This document shows positions 58,738-64,000 of a DNA stretch of 64,000 nt, one piece after another; the first letter of the stretch is position 1, and every line of letters begins with the position of its first letter. A program made the position numbers and the translations under genes. This DNA comes from Planctomycetota bacterium. GTDB lineage: Bacteria; Planctomycetota; Planctomycetia; Planctomycetales; Planctomycetaceae. The stretch covers positions 24,440 to 88,439 of the forward strand of contig JAZKFE010000003.1 of assembly GCA_040386595.1 (NCBI GenBank), read 5' to 3'. Under the pieces are notes generated by a model. It was not told where the DNA came from and ran no database searches. It was given only the letters and a program-made list of their open reading frames with translations.

Positions 58738-61143
58738 ATGACTAACAGCCCTCTTTCGCCAGAACTGCTCCACAAGATGGATGCCTACTGGCGCGCGGCC
58801 AATTTTTTATCGGTCGGCCAAATCTATCTGCTCGACAATCCGCTCCTGAAAGAGCCCCTAAAGCGGGAACACATCAAGCCCCGATTGCTCGGCCATTGGG
58901 GCACGTCACCAGGTTTGAACCTCTTGTACGTCCATCTCAACCGGATCATCTCAGATCAAGATTTGAATGTTTTATTTATTACGGGCCCCGGACACGGCGG
59001 ACCGTCTTTGGTCGCCAACGCCTATCTCGAAGGCACATACACCGAGGTGTATCCTAATATTTCCCAAGACGAAGTCGGAATGCAAAAACTGTTCAAGCAG
59101 TTCAGCTTTCCCGGCGGTATTCCCAGCCATGTGGCTCCAGAGACCCCTGGCAGCATCCACGAGGGTGGCGAACTGGGATATGCACTCTCCCATGCCTTCG
59201 GTGCCGCATTTGACAACCCGGACTTGATTGTAGCCGCCGTCGTTGGCGATGGCGAAGCGGAGACCGGGCCGCTCGCCACGAGCTGGCATTCGAACAAGTT
59301 TCTCAACCCTGTGACCGATGGCGCCGTGCTGCCCATTCTCCACTTGAATGGATATAAGATCGCCAACCCAACGGTCCTCGCCCGCATTCCTCAGGACGAG
59401 TTGCAGAAACTCTTTGAGGGCTACGGATACAAGCCGTACTTCGTTGAAGGACATGAACCCGAGAAAGTACATCAGCGACTGGCCGCGGTCTTGGATGAAG
59501 TGACGGCTGAGATTCGACAGATTTGGTCTGACGCCCGGACCAAAGGAATTCAAGGTCGGCCGATCTGGCCGATGATCGTTTTGCGAACGCCGAAAGGTTG
59601 GACCTGTCCGGCAGAGATCGACGGCAAGAAATGCGAAGACTATTGGCGCTCCCACCAAGTTCCCATGGGGGAGATGGATAAAGTCGGACACGTCGCGATC
59701 CTCGAAAAATGGATGCAAAGCTATCGTCCAGAGGAGCTCTTCACGCCCTCGGGCAAGCTCCAGCCCGAAATCGCACAGTTGGCGCCGCAGGGCGTGCGAC
59801 GCATGAGCGCCAATCCACACGCTAACGGTGGAATACTGTTGGAAGACCTGCGGCTTCCGGACTATCGCAACTATGCCGTGAAGGTCGCTGCCCCAGGTGC
59901 AGCGGACGCCGAATCGACCCGCGAAATGGGAAAATTCTTGCGGGACGTCATGCAGCTCAATCTGCCGGCTCAAAACTTTCGCTTGTTCAGCCCGGACGAG
60001 AACAACTCCAACCGCTGGCAGGACGTTTTAGACGTCACAAACCGCGCGTGGATGGCCGAGCACTATGCGACTGACGATAGGCTGGCCTGCGATGGACGCG
60101 TCATGGAAATGCTCTCGGAACATCAGTGCCAGGGCTGGCTCGAAGGTTATCTGCTCACCGGACGCCACGGGTTCTTCTCCTGCTACGAGGCATTCATCCA
60201 CATCATCGATTCGATGTTTAACCAGCATGCGAAGTGGCTGAAAGTCTGTAACCACATCCCCTGGCGAAAGCCGATTGCGTCACTGAATTACTTGCTCTCG
60301 TCACACGTCTGGCGGCAAGACCACAACGGGTTCTCACATCAAGATCCCGGGTTCCTGAATCACGTGGCGAACAAAAAGGCAGAGGTCATCCGCATCTATC
60401 TGCCCCCCGACGCGAACACGTTGTTGAGCATTACCGATCACTGTCTGCGCAGCCGGAACTACGTGAACGTCGTGGTTGCCGGAAAGCAGCCCGCCCCGCA
60501 ATGGCTGACAATGGATCAGGCCGTAAAGCACTGCGCGGCGGGATTGAGTATCTGGGAATGGGCCTCAAACGACGAGGGACGCAATCCGAATGTCGTTCTG
60601 GCATGTTGTGGAGACGTACCGACCTTGGAGACGCTCGCGGCCGCTGCGTTACTGCGCCAATATCTGCCACAGTTGAAAGTACGTGTCGTCAACGTTGTCA
60701 ATTTGATGAGGCTGCAGCCTCCTAAAGAACATCCACACGGTTTGCCGGATGAGGAATTCGATGCCCTCTTCACAACTGATCGGCAAATCATTTTTGCCTT
60801 CCACGGGTACCCATCCCTGATCCACCAGTTGACCTACCGGCGAACCAACCACCGAAACCTGCACGTCCGTGGCTACAAGGAAGAGGGTACCACCACAACT
60901 CCGTTCGACATGGTGGTGATTAATGACATGGACCGGTTCCATCTGGTGATGGACGTCATCGACCGGGTGCCTGGCCTGGCAGCTCAAGCAATTGACGTTC
61001 GCCGAACGATGGTCGAGAAGCGAGCCGAGCATAAACGGTACATCGAAATTCACGGCGAAGACATGCCAGAAATTACGGGTTGGCGCTGGGGATGCGGCAC
61101 GACCTCGGGCGGGGCGAGTGACACGGCAGCTGATCACGGCTGA
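58738..61143 (+). CDS. xfp: Phosphoketolase (xylulose-5-P/fructose-6-P phosphoketolase), 801 aa
   Basis: [56 protein letters not shown]...[10 protein letters not shown]...[51 protein letters not shown]... It starts 3 nt after the ackA stop. Confidence 0.93.
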   Translation: MTNSPLSPELLHKMDAYWRAANFLSVGQIYLLDNPLLKEPLKREHIKPRLLGHWGTSPGLNLLYVHLNRIISDQDLNVLFITGPGHGGPSLVANAYLEGTYTEVYPNISQDEVGMQKLFKQFSFPGGIPSHVAPETPGSIHEGGELGYALSHAFGAAFDNPDLIVAAVVGDGEAETGPLATSWHSNKFLNPVTDGAVLPILHLNGYKIANPTVLARIPQDELQKLFEGYGYKPYFVEGHEPEKVHQRLAAVLDEVTAEIRQIWSDARTKGIQGRPIWPMIVLRTPKGWTCPAEIDGKKCEDYWRSHQVPMGEMDKVGHVAILEKWMQSYRPEELFTPSGKLQPEIAQLAPQGVRRMSANPHANGGILLEDLRLPDYRNYAVKVAAPGAADAESTREMGKFLRDVMQLNLPAQNFRLFSPDENNSNRWQDVLDVTNRAWMAEHYATDDRLACDGRVMEMLSEHQCQGWLEGYLLTGRHGFFSCYEAFIHIIDSMFNQHAKWLKVCNHIPWRKPIASLNYLLSSHVWRQDHNGFSHQDPGFLNHVANKKAEVIRIYLPPDANTLLSITDHCLRSRNYVNVVVAGKQPAPQWLTMDQAVKHCAAGLSIWEWASNDEGRNPNVVLACCGDVPTLETLAAAALLRQYLPQLKVRVVNVVNLMRLQPPKEHPHGLPDEEFDALFTTDRQIIFAFHGYPSLIHQLTYRRTNHRNLHVRGYKEEGTTTTPFDMVVINDMDRFHLVMDVIDRVPGLAAQAIDVRRTMVEKRAEHKRYIEIHGEDMPEITGWRWGCGTTSGGASDTAADHG

Positions 61144-61557
61144 TTCATCTTCAATCCTGGGGAAACCAAATCCACCCAAACCTTGAGATCGCCGCCCATG
61201 AACAGCGATCAACACAATGAATCGCCCCAACAATCGGCCTCTCTCTGGTTATCCCCGCAGTGCCCGAGGGATCCCCTCGGTGTATCTCGTGGTTGCTCAA
61301 ATCGGCTTCTCAGGCTGAAGCGCAAACGGCTCGGTATGCCGCAGATGATCGAACGGTGGTTCACGCCTCTGAAATGTTATAAGGTCTTTACGAAACCGAC
61401 GGAAACGGACAGGAACGAAATCTGTAAGACATTGTCTCAGGTGAAGGGAAGCGTCTCATCGCGAATTACAGAACTTGTGGAGGCAGAACTGACACGGTTC
61501 CAATAGGCAGACGGCTCTAATCGCCATTAGTAACTGGTGATGAGAGCCGTTCTTGTA

Positions 61558-62145
61558 TTAGCTTGCTTCATTCTGGATCATCTTGGCTTGGCTCGCTTGA
61601 AGTTGGAGCGCCTTAACCTGTTCGATGATTTCGATAACCTCATCGCCCCAGACTCGCTTCTTTTCCAGCAGTCGGTTGGCGATCGGTTCGATTGTCGTTT
61701 TGTGCCGCTCCAGAATTTTGCGAACGGCAGCCTTCTCGGCGTCAATTGTGTCTCGTAGTTGGCGTCCACAGGCCAGCTTGAGGGGCCAATCTGCGATGTC
61801 CAAGCGGTTGGCCTGAATCACGTCCTTCGGCGACCCTTTCATCTCCAGGGCGAATTTCCAACAACTGTTTCGCGCCAAGCCGACGCAGCGGTCATAGGGG
61901 GGGGCGAACCACATCGATTCCGCAACTTCACCGGCGGCATGCACTGCCAGTTCCCGCTGACTCTGGGTTTGGATAAACACCGCGGACGATTTGCGAGGTG
62001 CAATTTTCCAGAGACAGCCTTCGAAATTTTCGGGGCCATCAATCCGCACCGCGAGCAGCGAAAAGCCGTGGTAAGCAGCAATAAATGCACGAGCGGCCTC
62101 GTGCCACGCAATGCGTTTCAGCAAATTATCGGGAAGGGTCATCAT
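61558..62145 (-). CDS. Stand-alone FtsH-like peptidase-M41-domain protein with a degenerate zinc motif (HEAAR)
   Basis: KRIAWHEAARAFIAAYHGFSLLAVRIDG aligns with FtsH VAYHEAGHA(L/I)V.......V.KV(T/S)I.PRG. AVHAAGEVAESMWF aligns with (L/M)GGRAAEE..FG. IDAEKAAVRKILERHKTTIEPIANRLLEKKRVWGDEVIEIIEQ aligns with the FtsH C-terminal helices (...L.ALA..LLEKETL.GEE(I/V)..I(L/I)). There is no AAA+ module and no TM segment. Confidence 0.7.
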   Translation of the reverse strand: MMTLPDNLLKRIAWHEAARAFIAAYHGFSLLAVRIDGPENFEGCLWKIAPRKSSAVFIQTQSQRELAVHAAGEVAESMWFAPPYDRCVGLARNSCWKFALEMKGSPKDVIQANRLDIADWPLKLACGRQLRDTIDAEKAAVRKILERHKTTIEPIANRLLEKKRVWGDEVIEIIEQVKALQLQASQAKMIQNEAS

Positions 62146-62417
62146 GTCTCCAGCGGTAAATGAATGAACTCAAAAGGACTGAATGAATAGCCGTTGCGTG
62201 CCGAAATCCCAAAATTCCAATACCATCCTGGCCCGAAGACCCAATCGGGTTCACAAAGGGGCGGAAGACAGAACTTCTTGCAAATCGACCCAAATGGCAA
62301 TGGTGGGGGCTTAAACCAGCTTGGGAGACAGGTCTCAGAGGGGTAGGGGGGCAAAGTGATAAGGCGACGGTACGCATCAAACCAGTCATTTTACACGCCA
62401 ACGCATTGGCAGCAGGT

Positions 62418-63119
62418 CTATTCCTGAAACTGCTCTACCATTCGATTGACCCACAGGAGTTTTTGCCGTTGCAAAGTCGGTAACGGGTGCAGGAACTTGT
62501 TCGTTGTTCCCTCTTTTATCAGCCCTCTGATCGTCTTGCTATAGCTGATTTGAGAACTGCAGCGTTCAATCAGTGGGTCCAGCTCTGGGCTCACTCCCCA
62601 GGCTCGGATGACCGGAATGGACTTGTGTTTGGTGAGTTTTACTGCCAGTTCTTGCTTTCGCCGAGCGGAAAAAATGGAGTGCGAATCGAACGAGACTTCG
62701 TCTTCCAATCGCTTGAACTGCTTAAAAAACTCCGGGCTTTTGGAACAGCGCAGGTCGGATAAGTTCAGAACTCGGACATGTTTCAAGCCGCAAAAATGCA
62801 TCACGCGCATGACTTGGTACTGCGTCGTATCAGGTTTCGTCGGAACCAACGAGATCGGCAATTCATGAATCGCATCCGCATGAATATGATTGTTGGTTTC
62901 AACCAACGGTTGCGATGACCCCGGATTCATCATGACAATCACTGCATCGGGCTTTCGAGTGGCAAGCACCGACATACTCGCGGGAGTATGAGCTTTCTGA
63001 ATGAGTTCCAGAACACTTCTGCACTCGACAACGATATTTGGGACAACTTCCACCGAGTAAAAGTGGCCGAACACATCGTATCCGCGTTTCAATTCTTCCG
63101 CCGGAATGAACTGAATCAT
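62418..63119 (-). CDS. DUF1643-like protein
   Basis: PDAVIVMMNPGSSQP...KPDTTQYQVMRVMHFCGLKHVRVLNLSDLR...PVIRAWGVS...IRGLIKEGTTNKFLHPLP follows the DUF1643 pattern I recall (..(I/F)(I/M)(M/L)NPS.A....D.T.rr...fa...G.g...v.NLFa.r...AWG......L..l.k.g.p.HPL). The likely start is MIQFIPAEEL at 63119. Confidence 0.6.
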   Translation of the reverse strand: MIQFIPAEELKRGYDVFGHFYSVEVVPNIVVECRSVLELIQKAHTPASMSVLATRKPDAVIVMMNPGSSQPLVETNNHIHADAIHELPISLVPTKPDTTQYQVMRVMHFCGLKHVRVLNLSDLRCSKSPEFFKQFKRLEDEVSFDSHSIFSARRKQELAVKLTKHKSIPVIRAWGVSPELDPLIERCSSQISYSKTIRGLIKEGTTNKFLHPLPTLQRQKLLWVNRMVEQFQE

Positions 63120-63353
63120 TCGTTGATCCTTACGATTGATTGACATAGGCCAAAAGATCGCCAACTTAACCCGTCTTCGAGTCAATCGCTAGTCGTGGAG
63201 TCGCTTCCAACGCCAATCTTGCTTCGGCAAATCGCGAGTACAATCAAGAGGCCGACATGCCAGTCTCGGAACGCTGTCCTATCGGCCCCGCGGGCAACAC
63301 GGTACCATTGATCATGAGCGCAGAACTTCTGACGCTATTCTCAATAGGGAGCA

Positions 63354-63596
63354 TTGATGCGTGAGTCACCGAAGGTCCAGACTTGGACTGTCTATGAGAC
63401 AGTGACAGGGCCGAAGACGGGAATGAGATCGGTTTGCACTGCCGATGAATGGAAGGTGATCGAACTGCGAGATTCCGTCATGAATCGGCTGGTTCGAGAA
63501 GGTATTGTTGCCGAGAACGAAGCAGAGAAACTGGCACGTGGGACTTCTGGTGATTTAAAAGTTCGCCCGCAGGCACTGCGTCCCAAGTTTCAATGA
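63354..63596 (+). CDS. Small hypothetical protein (80 aa)
   Basis: A protein-like ORF (WTVYETVTGPKTGMRSVCTADEWKVIELRDSVMNRLVREGIVAENEAEKLARG). No family name recognised. Confidence 0.4.
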   Translation: MMRESPKVQTWTVYETVTGPKTGMRSVCTADEWKVIELRDSVMNRLVREGIVAENEAEKLARGTSGDLKVRPQALRPKFQ

Positions 63597-63840
63597 TCGA
63601 TTGTTCCCGGACAAGAGTTCCAAGATGCCATGTTCTGCTGGCTCGATGTGGGAGAACTCCCCTCGTCGCCAGACTCTTGGCCCCAAACCCGATACCAACC
63701 TCATTTAATTCGACGAACGGATTAAGTTGGAAATCGCGGGCAAAGGGGGCCGAGTTTTCTTCAGCTTCCCGCCTTCCCAATCGTATCCGCCTCGCCTTCA
63801 GTACCACGACATCGACCTGCAGGCGACCTGAGAGAGTTGT

Positions 63841-64000
63841 ATGACCAAGAGCCAAATCGAAGCGTGCCGGGAGCGAAACAAACAGCTCAAGCAGGATATC
63901 GTCGATGGAAAAGTCACCATTGTGAATGTGACGAAAACCTGCGCGGATGTTGACAGTTTGCTAGTCGATCTGGAGCTCTCGGTGGATAGCATGCGCCTCG
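63841..64000 (+). CDS. Possible 5' fragment of a CDS running off the window end
   Basis: ATG 63841 opens a frame (MTKSQIEACRERNKQLKQDIVDGKVTIVNVTKTCADVDSLLVDLELSVDSMRL) with no stop before nt 64000. It is too short to classify. Confidence 0.25.
   Translation, partial: MTKSQIEACRERNKQLKQDIVDGKVTIVNVTKTCADVDSLLVDLELSVDSMRL

Noticed and set aside
58972-59973. A 333-aa minus-strand ORF inside the phosphoketolase gene, and 57700-58152 minus inside ackA.
   Set aside because: They are antisense shadows of two confidently identified metabolic genes.
61183-61506. A 107-aa plus ORF downstream of xfp, and the palindrome CCGAGGG-ATC-CCCTCGG at about 61262-61278.
   Set aside because: The ORF is Ser/Pro/Arg-rich in its first half with no recognisable family; a shorter product from Met at about 61336 cannot be excluded. 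The 7-bp palindrome lacks a U-tract and lies about 120 nt after the xfp stop, so it is too weak to call a terminator.
1-64000. A search for mobile elements, tRNA/rRNA genes, integrases, and toxin-antitoxin or known defence systems.
   Set aside because: No translation resembles a transposase, integrase, recombinase, Cas protein, restriction enzyme or other known defence protein. No cloverleaf-like or rRNA-like sequence was noticed in the intergenic regions by eye. This is a limited manual scan, not a computational search.

Overview
The window is dominated by two same-strand (+) genes for very large repetitive surface or adhesin-type proteins. The first (2-4378) is the 3' end of a gene that starts upstream of the window. 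It carries autotransporter-associated beta-strand repeats plus DUF11-like, Calx-beta-like and cadherin-like units. The second (5287-41898) is one uninterrupted 36.6 kb ORF encoding 12,203 aa. It is a mosaic of at least ten repeat or domain classes, including ten tandem 131-aa (393-nt) units, about 20 FG-GAP-like propeller blades, a ~2,350-aa Ala/Gly/Ser/Thr/Val-rich solenoid-like array and two clusters of ~90-aa HG(F/L)...YYV...LA modules. Its N-terminus is basic and carries an LEDRTLLAA motif. That motif, the giant FG-GAP/cadherin-type proteins and the gene content suggest a Planctomycetota-like genome (inference only). Downstream lie an ECF sigma factor translationally coupled to a 1100-aa membrane protein with two tandem beta-lactamase-fold domains, a short class II-like UvrA paralog, a minus-strand run of small accessory genes (2x DUF1801, SMI1/KNR4, SRPBCC, ArsR), a DUF2252 gene, an alpha/beta hydrolase, an ackA-xfp (acetate kinase/phosphoketolase) pair, an orphan FtsH-like M41 domain with a degenerate zinc motif, and a DUF1643-like gene. 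I saw no rRNA, tRNA, CRISPR array, transposase or integrase. All product calls come from reading the translations by eye; no database search was possible.
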